A stretch of 64,000 nucleotides of DNA from Chlorokybus atmophyticus (Eukaryota > Plantae > Mesostigma and Chlorokybus algae), in NCBI GenBank assembly GCA_009103225.1, contig RHPI01002823.1, positions 945,147 through 1,009,146 of the forward strand, in the 5' to 3' direction. The first letter of the stretch is position 1, and every line of letters begins with the position of its first letter. Positions 1-12,193 of the stretch are shown piece by piece. A program made the translations under genes and the position numbers. The notes under the pieces are model-generated. The model did no database searches. It saw only the letters and a list, made by a program, of their open reading frames with translations, and had not been told where the DNA came from.

Positions 1-842
1 TACGGCGCAGGGCAGCGTACAGGTCCTTGAGTGGAGAATCACAGATGGCAGCACCTACGGTGATGGCTGGTGCGCGCAGTGCTGCTGACCCGAGGGTGAA
101 AGCACTGCCTCCTGCACGAGAGCCAGGTGTTGCTAGAGGTAGAGGAGTACCCAACTCTGCGGCTGCCGCTTGTTGTGCAGCTCTTTGTTCCTCAATGATG
201 ATGGCAGAACGGTCAAGGATGCGGACTCGACGTGTGGCCTCCTTGGACTCAACTTCTGCAGGGGTCAAGTTGACAAGTACCAACTCTGGTTCCTCCTCCT
301 CTGCCTGCTTGAGAGCTGCAGCTATGGACAAGCCTGTTACTGCAACTGAAGTGGCAGGTGGAACGACACCTGCTGGACGGTGCAGAGATGCAGATGCTAT
401 GGTGCTGGCAAGCTCGTCATAGCCGTCTACTCGACGCAGTTCAGCAACGGACATCGTGTGCTTCATGATCAAGATAATGAGCAGCAATGTGGAAAGAGAT
501 CTCATCTGACCAGTCTTTGTTCTTCAGAGCTTGCTGCCGCATCTTGGAGTGGAACTTGATGATGAACTCATCCAGCGAGGTGGTGCCGGCACGTCCGGAG
601 AAGCGCAGGGATGTGGTTGAACTGGAAGACTCCATCTCGTTGTCGTCGCTGTCCGATGATAGTGGAGAAGCTTGATGACGAGGAGTAGAGTGGAGCGGGG
701 TGAAGCTGGAGATGGAGCGCGAGCCTCTGCTGCTGCGGTCGATGCTCCCGTCACTGGTCCGCTCGTAGGTGAGGTTGGTGGTTGGGCTCCAACTGCTGAG
801 GTCACCCTCGTCTATTGGGGAGAACGGGGTGGGCCTGCTCAT
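1..842 (-). pseudogene. Gag-like ORF with a frameshift near 450
   Basis: ORF 441-842 (...FSGRAGTTSLDEFIIKFHSKM...W.DEISF..AAHYLDHEAHDV) resembles a retrotransposon Gag N-terminus. It stops at 441, but the neighbouring frame (VAELRRVDGYDELAS...SPLKDLYAALRR) is open to base 1. Confidence 0.55.
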
Positions 843-1039
843 ACAGCTGGTCCAGAGGTGAAAGGGTAGAGTGCTTATGCTCTACCGTCTATCCTGATGT
901 TGTTACCACCCAAACCACTAGTGCTTGTGCGCACTATGTGATGACAATGATAACGAATGCCCAGCACTCCATCCCTGGGTGCAGACTGCACTATCTGATG
1001 CAGATTGCAACACACTCACTTGTGCAAAGAGGGTGACAC

Positions 1040-1520
1040 TGTAAGTCAACAAGCCACTACGATAGGTAGTGCTGTGGACACGGTTCTTTGCATAAGTGGA
1101 TAGAATGATACACTGTTAAGTGAGGTGAATGAGTGTGCAACACGTGGATACAACACCCTGACTACTGAAACAACACACCACCGTCAAGCTCACAGCAATG
1201 ACAGGCACAGCGCACAAGATCATGCACCGTGTCTCACGCAGTAAGGGAATTCTTGGCAACCGGGGCAGCGTGCTTCCAGTTCAAGTCGCTTCACAAGCTC
1301 TTTAGAAACAGAGTCTTTACTTCTTAGTACTCCTAGTACTCACAGTACTCACTTACAGTGTCACCAGCCAGTCTGGTGACGTGATTTCCTACTTATACAT
1401 GTCAAATCATGACTGTGCAGTGCCACACGGGCACTAGGCCAACGGTCACATCGAGGCCTCATGCTATTTCAGAAATCTCCTAAGACTCGATATAGCACAT
1501 GTGTTATTAACAGACTTACA
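1040..1520 (-). repeat. 5' LTR (481 bp)
   Basis: TG...CA ends with an 8-bp terminal inverted repeat; minus-strand TATAA at 1397-1393. The second LTR is outside the window, so this is not confirmed by duplication. Confidence 0.7.
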
Positions 1521-1598
1521 ACTGATCAGCTACGCGCGGTCCCTACAGACAGGTCTATAAAGTAGCCCTAGCTACATGCTACATGAGAGGTACAGTAG

Positions 1599-3927
1599 CT
1601 AGCAGTAGGCTGGGGCTCGAGCGGTCTTCATGCTGGTAGCCCGGGCGTGGGGCTGGGTGTAGGCATGCTCGAGAAGGACTGGCATGCGAGGGTAGATGGC
1701 ATGACAGCTCTCCCGACGCACTCTACTATGCTCTTCTTGCATGTGCTGCTTTTTTCGCCACTTCTGATTGAACAGTTTCCACTTGTTCGCCGTCCTCCAT
1801 GAATTTTGAAACATGCACTCGCTGTTACCTCGTAATGGCCAATTTGCACCAGGTATATGCAAGCATGTTTGATTGTGTCAGAAGGCATTCAACAGGCATG
1901 GGAAGCCCCCCGATGACCTCCTATAGTAACGTGCAAGCGCACACACATACACGGCGTGCATGTTTGTGCTTGTGTATGTATACACAGCAGCAGTTGTTTA
2001 TGGGCAATTCTGTTGCATGTCTGTGTCACATCAACAAAGCATGCACTCTCCACTTATCTGCAACCACAAGAAGTGCGTTGCTTACCTCCCCGCACGTAGC
2101 GCAGCACCACACGAAGTCCAAGTCCTTGAGCAACTTGCGCAAGCAATTGTGGAACAGCTCAACCGCTGTGTTCTCCACGTCAATATCATGCTTCATCAGC
2201 GTCATGTGCCGTTCTAAAGCTGCATCCATGATGCTGCGAGCCTACAATATCTTGTCGTGCTTGGCAACAGCCTGCCTGCGCCATACACACACGTGCACAT
2301 GCACACGCTCTTAGGTGACGTCACAAAGCACACCCGCTTGTCACGACAAAGCACTCTTAGAACTGGCAGGCAGTTGCGTATGTACTGCTGTTGCATGGCA
2401 ATTAAAGACACTGTACCAACACCTCAAGGCAAAGCGTGTCTTGACTCATGCGAGGCAAGGCAAGGCCTGTGCTCTCCTTGCATCATCCTCTTTGCGCTCT
2501 GCGTCATCCCATGCTCTAGCATACCGCTGAAATTCCCCCTCGTCATCATCGATATCATAGCCCCCATTGTTCGGAACCGCGAATCCCTTTGGCTTGCGAA
2601 CCAACTCACCCACCCCACCCCACACCTCCGCAGTGAAGTACTTTTGCAAAAGGCTTGACATAGACGTCTAGGTCCGTTGTCGTCTTCATGAAGCCAATAT
2701 ATGTTTGTGTAAGCCCGCGCTCCAGGCGAATTACATTTATGATGTCGATACCTTTTTGAGTATAGAACTATCGCAGACACTCACATTACATCTATTGCTA
2801 CTTGCTAGGAGTTAGACTGATGTAACTGTCTGTGCAATACAACAATACAGATGACTAGCCCCGCATGCGATTGCAATCCCTATCACAAAACGGCATGAAT
2901 ACATAATGGCAAGCAGAAACAGGACTTGCGCTATTGGAAAACCTACATTCAATTTTCCACTAGTACAACCAAACACTGGAGTAGCTTTGGACTATTGTGC
3001 ATGAGTGCAAACACGCCCCTCCCCTTGAATAGACGTATGCAGTTGCACACACACGCACCACAACAACACTCGCAGACAAGTACCACGCACACCAATGTGG
3101 CTTGTTGCTCACTGACATGCCTGATTGAATAAGCGTGCACACTTGCCTTTAAACAACCACCACAATGCAACTGCCCCGGTAAGCATACACATAAGGCACA
3201 AGTCAGCAGCTAACGCCACAAGCAAAGCAAGGGGCTCTCACACGTACACACTCACACTCACATGCGCTTGTGCGCGTGCGTTGATACACCTGCATCGGCT
3301 TAGATATCCTGTTTGGGCAGCACCTGCGCCCACTGCAGGGCTGCCGTCTCAGCCCATCCCGCCTCCGCCACATGCTTCGGCAATGCGTGGATCTAACGCA
3401 GCACCTCACCTACCCCATCATTGAATGAGCAACACTCACAACGCCGAACAACGATAATCATTTCAATTGCTTGACTGACAGTGCTGCTTGGGCAATGTGC
3501 TTGTTTATGCCTACATTGGCGTGTATGTGCTTGCGCTTACACACCCACATCCTTACTTGTACAATACGCGTGAACTCTGCAATGCCGTGGGTAAAGCAAC
3601 TATAAATGCTTGCTGCACAAGTTGCTGTGCACAGTCATGACAAAATAAAATCTATCGAAAAAGTCATCAAGAACATACAAGAATACGAGTGTTGGTTGCT
3701 ATAAGAAAACCAAAAAAACAAAACAACTGGTGTTGCTCACCTAGGGGCAAATGGGCGCCGATCGCTCTAAGTACCTCAGGCGGCAACATCGGCACGTCGA
3801 CACGGGTGACTTCGCTAACGACGACGATGCTGATGTCGGTGACGCTGTCCTCATTACCACCAGTGCCGCTGCCGTTATCCCCCACGCGGCGGCGGTGCCC
3901 GTTCCCCAACAGCCGCATCCAGGGCAT
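1599..3927 (-). pseudogene. Decayed multi-exon F-box-like gene, copy A
   Basis: Exon 3927-3741 encodes VPMLPPEVLRAIGAHLPL (F-box-like) with a GTGAGC donor. The next exon (~3402-3285) has in-frame TAG and TAA. A later exon near 2460 has a frame-breaking 5-bp duplication. Paralogous to 6943-8505. Confidence 0.5.
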
Positions 3928-5881
3928 TAAGCATGTTGGCAACAAGCTTGAAGCTTGTTACACCTTGAAAGCAAACATTGTTGGCCGGCGTTAAGCCCGT
4001 TGAGGCCTCGGGTGGCACGCGTGGGTGTAGCTCTCTCTCTTGAGGACAATGCTAAGAGCACTGTGCTCAGAGCATTGTGCTCTGAGCAGCCCATTATCCG
4101 ATTGCATTTTGCTAGAATAGCGTTGGCCTGTCCACGCACTGTCCAAGCCTGCCTGACGTTGTATGATGCTGGTGTGTTGTACTTTTATGTTGGTAGGGTC
4201 GGGAACTGTTTGCCACGTATGTTTTTGAAATATTGGTGTTTAAGAGTGTTCAAGTAGACCCAAGTTGGCCCAACACACCACAACCGCCAGTTGGCACTCT
4301 CACAACAACATTTACTCAATCGCCCGGGTAACTTTAACCTTCAAACTTCCAAAACTTGTGAGTGCGATTGCACTTGTGATGATACATATAATAGCCCAAG
4401 CAAACTCAAGAAATTGCAGTAAAGCAGCTCAGAGCGGGGCCAGCATCTGCTTGCATTTGACCGCCAGATGCAAGCAGAGGCGGCGAACATCCGTCTCATA
4501 GATTGTGCCACACATGCATAACCATACGAATGCATTTGCGCAACTGATCCAGCCAGCAAGTAAGCACAAATAACATATGTCACAACTTGGTACGTATACA
4601 TCGGTGGGCTGATTCAAGGTTTGATGTAATCTGTACTTTAAGTGCATGCAGCGGCGGCATGAGCGGCATTGATTAACTGATGAACACAACACAACCCTCC
4701 ATTGCGCAATGAGACATGTAGATGATGACAACGGACAACCTGCGTGGCAACCGCTGCGTCAGCATTCATCAAGTGAGTACTACTGTAGTACATGCAATGC
4801 CTTGGTCATTGCGCTTGCCAGCCAATATGTCTTGGTCAAGTGGTGGCTAGGATTATCATTTCCACCATACCGGCTCGCATGACATGCGAGCTAGAGTGGA
4901 CATTATGATTCGGTCAATACGTGCAACTGGTCAACTCGTGCGCGTGCTGGATCATACCACCCACCCCCAGCTCAGACATTGGCCACTTAGCTGTACGAAA
5001 CAGCACCAGTCAAGATGCGAACGAGACATTGCACAAGCATCAAGAGGATGTGAATAAGCTCAAGCAAGACTGGGGGAGGGGGGCAATTTAGGCATGATGT
5101 TGGCTGCGTCAAGAGCATGACGTCACGGCTGGTATCCTTTATTGCTGCTTAGAGTTACGGAAGAAGATGTTAGCGTTGCGGTGCGCAACCCCAAGTTGGC
5201 ACTCGATAAGCGTTACTTGAGGAACTTCCTATTGAGATTTTATGTTCTGTTGACCTGCTACTTCGCAAGCTTATTATGCAATTAAACCCCACATGCCTAT
5301 AATCTTTACTTTATTTGTCGGAAGGCATCTGCATCTTACAAAATATGATTTGGCGTTATACGTCGTAAGTTCGATCCATTACAGAGTGTGGCTGAAGATT
5401 TAAGAACCCTGTAAAGATTGATTCTTCGCAACAAGGCATATTAACATACATACTAATTAGGTGGATTGTTTATAATGTTTGGGATTCTTGAGCTGATTTT
5501 TCATGGAGTGTAGTAATGCTGACAAGAGTGAGCAAGATCTGTTAAGTACACGTCGGGTTTTGGGAAACTGTGGTCTGAAAGAGAATTGAGGTTTGGTCAA
5601 TAACTGCTTACACCCCCTCTAACGGTATTCGGAGTGCCATTGCTATCTGAGGAAACCAAAGAAGGCGAACACTTCTTTACAAGCTTAGCTTTCAAGCAGC
5701 TTTGTTTGCCTAGTAAAGGGAGAGCAATCCCCAAACAAATGCCACATGCAAGATGGCCGGCCATCGCAACTCATAATAAAAACAGATCTATATGTAAATT
5801 ATAAACAAGTTTACAATAACTGCTCTACCACAAGTGCTGGCTTGCCACTTGTCCCCAGCCAGCACCGCACTTGTGGCGCGG

Positions 5882-6328
5882 TGTAACGCAACCCTAGGCT
5901 TGAGCACTTAGCGCTCACCTAGAAGGGTCATGCACTCTAAGTCGTGCAAGCACTCACACACAAGAGCAAGCACTCTCACACCGTACATACACTCACATAG
6001 AATTGTTAGCACCGTGCATACACTCACACATGCAAGTGTAAGCACGTCCGTCAAGTGTACACACACTTACACACATGCTACACAAGGACACACGTCCACA
6101 CTTTGGCACCCCCTTCAACGGCCTCTCACGAACACCCCACGTGAAGTCCCACACGAGCGAGCACGCCCAGGCAAGGTAGACCCAAGCCTCCAATGCCTTG
6201 CCTACTGAGCATGCTCACTTATATAACCCTAGCGCCTTATCTAGTCACTTAAGGGTAGTGGGTGTCTCCACCAATGGTACCTCGTTCGGACCTCAGTGTA
6301 ATCTATAGCGGCCAACCATCTTGTGACA
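5882..6328. mobile_element. Putative solo LTR
   Basis: TGTAACG...TGTGACA ends and an internal TTATATAA near 6219. No target-site duplication, PBS or PPT was found. Confidence 0.4.
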
Positions 6329-6376
6329 AGCACTATTGCACTTGCCCTTATTAGGGTCACACCAATCACCTTGCAG

Positions 6377-6690
6377 GATATCTTACCCCAAGTACGAGCA
6401 ACCAATGAGATTGTACTACAATCTTATGGTGTTGGCCACACAGTCTCGTGGCTACAGTTTGTAGATATCAGTCTGTGTGATATCTATATTGTAGTCTATA
6501 TATAATCTATCTATCTATATATACTATCGGTGTATTTTCATGCGATATCCGCATTTGCCTCTTCTGGATCCTTTTAAGATAAGTGCATGTGTAATATCCA
6601 CAGTTTTTTGTACAATGTGGACATTCGTTGCGAAGATATCCACGCCCTTGTGTGCGATATCTATGCTTGACTCTTCTGATATCCTTCCGA
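6377..6690. repeat. AT-rich degenerate repeat with seven GATATC motifs
   Basis: GATATC at 6377, 6464, 6479, 6544, 6635, 6656 and 6678; ~6542-6575 resembles ~6654-6687. Confidence 0.45.
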
Positions 6691-6942
6691 CTTCAGTCTC
6701 TGTATATTAAGATCAAAGCTGTGATACCAACATTCATATGTAAGAGATCAACATACTTGTCTTCATAGATGCCATTGTCTACAATATAGACACATCCACG
6801 TACAAGATGTCAACATCTATAACATGGACATAGGTGGCTAACTGTTCCACACCAATGTCTTCCTTATAGCAGCAAGCATACATGCTTGTTGATTGTCTAT
6901 CTCACATATGTCCAAGCACTTGGAGCATAACTACTAGCCGCG

Positions 6943-8505
6943 TTACACACGCATTGCCCGGCACCGGGGTTGCCGCGAGCACGGGCCAGCAACACACCTT
7001 TTGGCAAACCGCGACTGCTTCTTCCCGCACATGCTTGCAACGCACTTGTGAGCAAGCTGCGATTGCCCGCACTTGCATGCGCGCTTCCAAGGTTTATAAG
7101 GATGCGCACGCGTGTTGTTGTTCAAGACCACGTTACTTGCATAATGCATGTTGTACAGGTGAGGGTGCGGGTGCTGTGAGCCACTGCTCCGCCTCTTGTC
7201 TCCGCTTCTCCATCTTTTGCCGCATCCTCTCCTCCTGCAACCGCTGCTCCCGCAGCACCCGCAGACCCTCACATGGATCCTCCCGCAACATGATGACGCT
7301 CCCGACACACTCTGCTCTTCTTTATGCGCCCCCGCAGCTGCTCCTCTTGCAAGCGCTGCTCTTGTCGCCTCCTCTGAACAAGCGCATTTATACTGATAAA
7401 ACTTGATACATTAACACACTGTTGTATTTATAAACCAACACCTCACAATGGTAACGTAAGAGCACTGCACGTTGTTGTGATCCACGCGGCGGCATGAATG
7501 CAGAAATGAAAGTAGTATTTGTGGAAAGGTTTTCAGCCAACAATAAATAGGACTTGCGGTCATAAGACACCAACATGCAACGCTTTCCGCTGACACAATA
7601 AAACACGGTGGAATTGCAACTAGTTGCATGGGAGGATTATGTTGAGTTGTTGCAGTGGCATCGATTGAAGTAAGTGCAAACATGCCTCTCCACTTATACA
7701 CAGACACATACATGCACACACACACGCATGCGCCACACTTGTACATAAGAATGACGCACACAATAATGGCTTGGTGCTTGGTGACCTGATCAATCCAAAT
7801 AGCTTACACCCTTGCCCGTCGAAAGCAAAACTTCAACAGCAAATTGCTCTAGGTACGCACAGATCCAAGTAAGGCACAGCATCTAACATATAAACTCTCG
7901 CATGCATATACACACACCTGCATCTACTCCTACAATACGTTGGGGCAGCATCTGCGCCCACCGCAGTGCCGTCCCCGCTTATCCCGCCTCCGCCGCGCTT
8001 GACCGCAGCTCCTCACCTGCTCATGTGTTGCATGACCGCATCAGCGCCGACCTTCAGTTAACAACGATGACGGCCATGATGAACAAATGGTGATTGACTG
8101 TGCTACTTAAGACAATATGAACAATGTAGTCACATGCATGTTGATAGCATTGGCGTGTACGTTTGTGCTGATGCTTGTATAATAGGGGTGCGTGCATGTT
8201 TGTAGGACTAAAAAGTTTGGTTACCTCAGTAGCCAATACAAAAACCACTGACCATTGGTCTTCACTCCTACACAGCTACAACTGTCAAATATTGCAACAT
8301 AACACAATTGGCTGCTTTGCTCACCTATAGGCACGTGGGCGGCAATCGCTCTGAGCAGCTCCGAGGGCAGCATTGGCACGTCAACACTGGGGACGTCGCC
8401 ATTAGCGTCGACGATGACGCTGCCCTCACCACCACCACCAACGCCGCCATCAGCGACCTTGACGCGGCGGCGGCGCTTGTCCCCCGGCAGCCTTACCCAG
8501 GGCAT
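6943..8505 (-). pseudogene. Decayed multi-exon F-box-like gene, copy B
   Basis: Exon 8505-8325 encodes VPMLPSELLRAIAAHVPI. The next exon (~8018-7920) has TAA where copy A has TGG. A Glu/Gln/Arg-rich segment at ~7180-7390 matches the copy A 3' region. The 3' limit is uncertain. Confidence 0.5.
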
Positions 8506-8900
8506 TGAGCATATTGGCCACAAGCATCTTCTTGCCATGAGCTTCAATCTTGCCCACACCAACCCGAACACTTTTTAATGCAACGCAACGACAGCATTTG
8601 TTGGCTGGCGCGAAGCCCGTTGTCTGTCGTTGCAATGACTGGCTTTGGCGTGATTTTTCGAATTTTCGAATGCAGCGTCAGTTTAAGCAGCGTTTGTTGC
8701 CTTTTGCGGGTGTTTTTACCGGATTAGGGTCTCGAGAATTTCTCGGTTTTAGGGCAGTTCCAAACTTTCGGGGCCTTGTTGTTGCTGTGAGCGTCTTTCT
8801 TGTCGTCGACGGCGGTAGGGTTGTCGTCGGTGGCGCTGCCTTTGCTCGTACGGCGCGTGTGGGTAGGTGAGCTTGTTTGAGTCTGTTTGGAAAGGACGGG

Positions 8901-11900
8901 ATGAAGCGGGATCGTAAGGAGCAGGCTCGGGCCGCAGTAATAGTAGGAGGAGCAGGAGGTGGAATTGCCGCAGCTGCTGCAGTAGCTGGAGTAGCTGGAG
9001 TAGCTGCAGGCGCCTCCGCCATCGCTCCTCCAGCTGAAAAGCGGGCTCGTAGCGCTCGGAGCAAGGCGAAGGCTGAAACTTTGGTAAGTCAGTTGCTTCG
9101 TGAACAGTCGACTGATGGCTGGTGACGAGTGCCTTGAGCAGCAGCAGCTAGTAGTAGAAGCAGTCCTGCTGAGCTCTTGAACTTCACTTCGAGAGTCAGG
9201 GGTTAGGCTTGGGTGCTTAATAGCTGAAAAGGCGCTGCGCTGGGTTTTCAAGCATTCCAAGTTTAGTCTAGTTTGAAGCTGAGCACAGATCACCGTAATC
9301 TACTTCAATATTGACTTTGAGCATAATGCTAACAAGCGTTGTTCGTGCAGTCGCGAAGAGAAGCGCCAGTCAAGGCGGCGCTCAAGCGTCTCCTGCAAAC
9401 CGAGGCGCCTACGCTTTCTCATGTAAGTGCACGCATTGCATGCTTACTCTCTCACCGAAGCTGCTTGTGTTGCTACCTAGAGCGTAGGTGTGTGAAGCGA
9501 AATTCGCTGACTGACTTCTCAACGCAGACGCTTAAAGTGCTATTTCCAAGCGGGTCAGCGCATGCTGTGGTTGGCAATGGAGATTTGCCACTGCCTGAGC
9601 GGTAAGTATGTCTAAGTACGTTGTTCAACAGTGGTTTGTTGTGTATATCTTACGGTTGCTGCATGAAGTTGAGTGCACTGCACTCTCTGGCTGACCTGCA
9701 TGCTGGAAGGACGTCTAGTTTGCAGAGCAGACTTGTGAAGCAGTTGCTTTGTCAACAAGCTTGCGGCTGAGGCATGTGTGTGCATTTTGCAGCCTTGTAA
9801 GGCTTGGCGAGCAATTGTGCCTTGTCGGCACACAGTTAGCTAGAGAGCGGGACTCTCAGCACAACTCATCAACATGGCCGCTAACTCGAGACCTCAGCAT
9901 ACAGGTACAACACATACCTTCACAATGGCTGCGTTTAGCTAATGGTTGATGTTTGCTCATGCGCCATACCGTTCTTGCTGCACTTGTTATGGCAATGCTC
10001 AACCCTTGTGTCATGCAGATCTTCTCCCTGCTGGGTGTAAGCAGCCTGGCGCGTGCTGCTGCCACTTGCAGCCTGTTTAGGAACATTGCTATTGACGGAA
10101 TGTGCCACTCCCACTTGGACCTGACCTTGTGCTGGGGCAAGATAGACAACACCATTCTCAACAGGCTGTTACAGCGTGCCGGCCCACACTTGAGGTGCAA
10201 TGTGTTCGCGTACGCTATCCTGTAGTCGTATTGGTTCCTCCTGCTGTGGCTTGGCAGTGGGTTGTGCAGGACCTCTTGCTTATCAGTAACATCATTGCAT
10301 AGGTGTTTGATGCTGGGCCAGCTGCCAGACAAAGTCCACAACACACAGGATGCTCACAACGTGGTCTGCGACTGTCCAATGGCATATGCTGCACCGTCAC
10401 CCCCGCCCAAGAAGGTGCCACGCTTGTTGCTGTACTCCTCTCCTCAATGTAGGACGCCCTCGACTTCTGCCGGTCCAACCCCTCAAAGAGTGGAGGAACG
10501 CACTGATGAGAGCAGTTTTAAGCCAGCTCCAGCGTTTGTTGACAAGGCACTACCCATCTCCCGCTTGCTACGAAACGAGCCTGGTCAGTTCAAGCTGGAT
10601 GCAGTCACGTTATCATAGAGCCAGATTGTGGTATAGATATGAGAAGTTTTCTTTGTAGGTGGCCCGTTGCTAACCAAGTCGTGTCTCGACTCGCTGGAAA
10701 GGTTTGGAGCCAGTCGCTCACTCCGCAACTTGTGTCTTTACAATTTGCCCATTGACTCTTTGGATGTCCGTGCAATCTGCTCTGCTGTGGCAAGCTGCCG
10801 CAATCTGGAGCGTCTTGAAGTGGTTGCACTGTAAGCCACTGCCCGTAAACTTCTTTCATGCTAGGTTTGTGTTTCTTGCAGCTGACTGTTGTGCTTCTCT
10901 TGCAGGTACGTGTACCTGACTGACATCGTGGAGTGCGTCGCACAGCACTGTCCAAAACTCATCAGCTTGCAGCTCCAACTGCCAAAAGGTTCCTCCCTCT
11001 CACACCCTTGGAACCTTCCAGGTGCGAGCGTCTTTTTACTGCTTTGTGTATGTCACAGCGCACGTGACAAGCGCATTGACTTGGCATCTGTTGTGCAGGG
11101 CGATTGGACAGCTTGAAGGTGTCCATCTGTCATCAGCTCACACGGGGTTGCCCAAAGCTGAAGCAGCTGTCCTTGCGAAACCTCATTCTGCAAGACCGCA
11201 AGGTAACAAACCAACACCTACGCTCTACTTTGTGTGTTAGCAGTCTGCAGGTTGCTGGCCTGTACGTGTGTGATGCCTTTGTCGTCTGCACGTTTCTAGG
11301 TTGAGGTGTTCATGAAGGAGCTGTCACTCGAACGACTCGACCTGTCCGGTGCAGACTACTTGACAGGAAGCTTCCTGAGGGCCCTTTCGTGTTCTAAGTC
11401 CTCAGGCTTGAAGTCCATTGTTTTGCGGGACTGTCTTCGGCTCAAGGAGACTGAGGTGAGACATAGTCATGGTTGTGTTCGCTTGTTGTGCAGCATGCCT
11501 TGCAGCAGTTGGTTGACAATTGCTGGTGCACAGGTGCAAAAGTTTTGCGAAGAGCTTGTGCTCGGCGCCTGCCCTTCCCTTGTACATTTGGATGTTTCCA
11601 ACCGCGAGGGGCTTGCTGCATCAGAGTGGTTTGAGCGGCGCCGCAGCTTGGGCCCCGGTGAGTCTGGGTTTGTAGGTGTTAAACATTGCTTGCATGCACA
11701 GACAAAGCTTCTCACACGCACACGCAGCCTAGAACGCCCATGTTGCCACTGCGTCATCGGATTGCAATACCATCATTGTGTGACATGTTGGGCTGATGCC
11801 ATGCATTATGTAGGTTTGGAGCAAGCGGTTGGGAGTCTGGCGGGATCCCGTCCGCAGCTGTGCATATCTGCGGACTTCCCCGACCATACTGATTCGGAGA

Positions 11901-12193
11901 GCGCAGAAGACAGTGATCGCAGCGATGCCTTTTTTACCAGCGATGACGAGGGCAGCGACGATGATCCGGATGGCCTAAGCGATGATGACATGCTGTTCAG
12001 TGATGAGGACGACGAGGATGACGAGGATGACCATCATGACGACGGTCTGTTCAGTGACGGGGAAGATCCCAACCTTTTCCTCAGCGATGAGAGCCTCTCA
12101 ATGGACAGTTCGGGATACTCGGAATCTAGTCACGACACCGAGTCCACTGAAGACACAGAACACAGCGCTGAAAGCGGCCCTGGCGCCGTTTAG
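8901..12193 (+). CDS. F-box/LRR protein, SKIP17-like, multi-exon, acidic C-terminal tail
   Basis: Phase-consistent exons 8901-9083, 9351-9422, 9528-9601, 9793-9904 and 10019-10194 give the F-box WPLTRDLSIQIFSLL..SLARAAATCSLFR. Later exons give LDLSGADYLTGSFLRAL, LRDCLRLKETEVQKFC and LDVSNREGLA, then an Asp/Glu tail. Middle exons are not fully resolved. Confidence 0.82.

Larger units (their letters stand above)
1..1520 (-). mobile_element. 5' part of an LTR retrotransposon (5' LTR, leader, gag-like ORF); continues beyond the window start
   Basis: 481-bp segment bounded by perfect 8-bp inverted termini TGTAAGTC (1040) and GACTTACA (1520), followed on the minus strand by a gag-like ORF that runs off base 1. 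Confidence 0.75.

Noticed and set aside
3285-8020. TAA/TAG reassigned to Gln (as in some ulvophytes) to explain in-frame stops in the F-box-like genes
   Set aside because: Conserved genes end at TAA/TAG exactly where expected (G6PD TAA, CPN60 TAG, PRP31 TAG), and one stop aligns with Trp rather than Gln.
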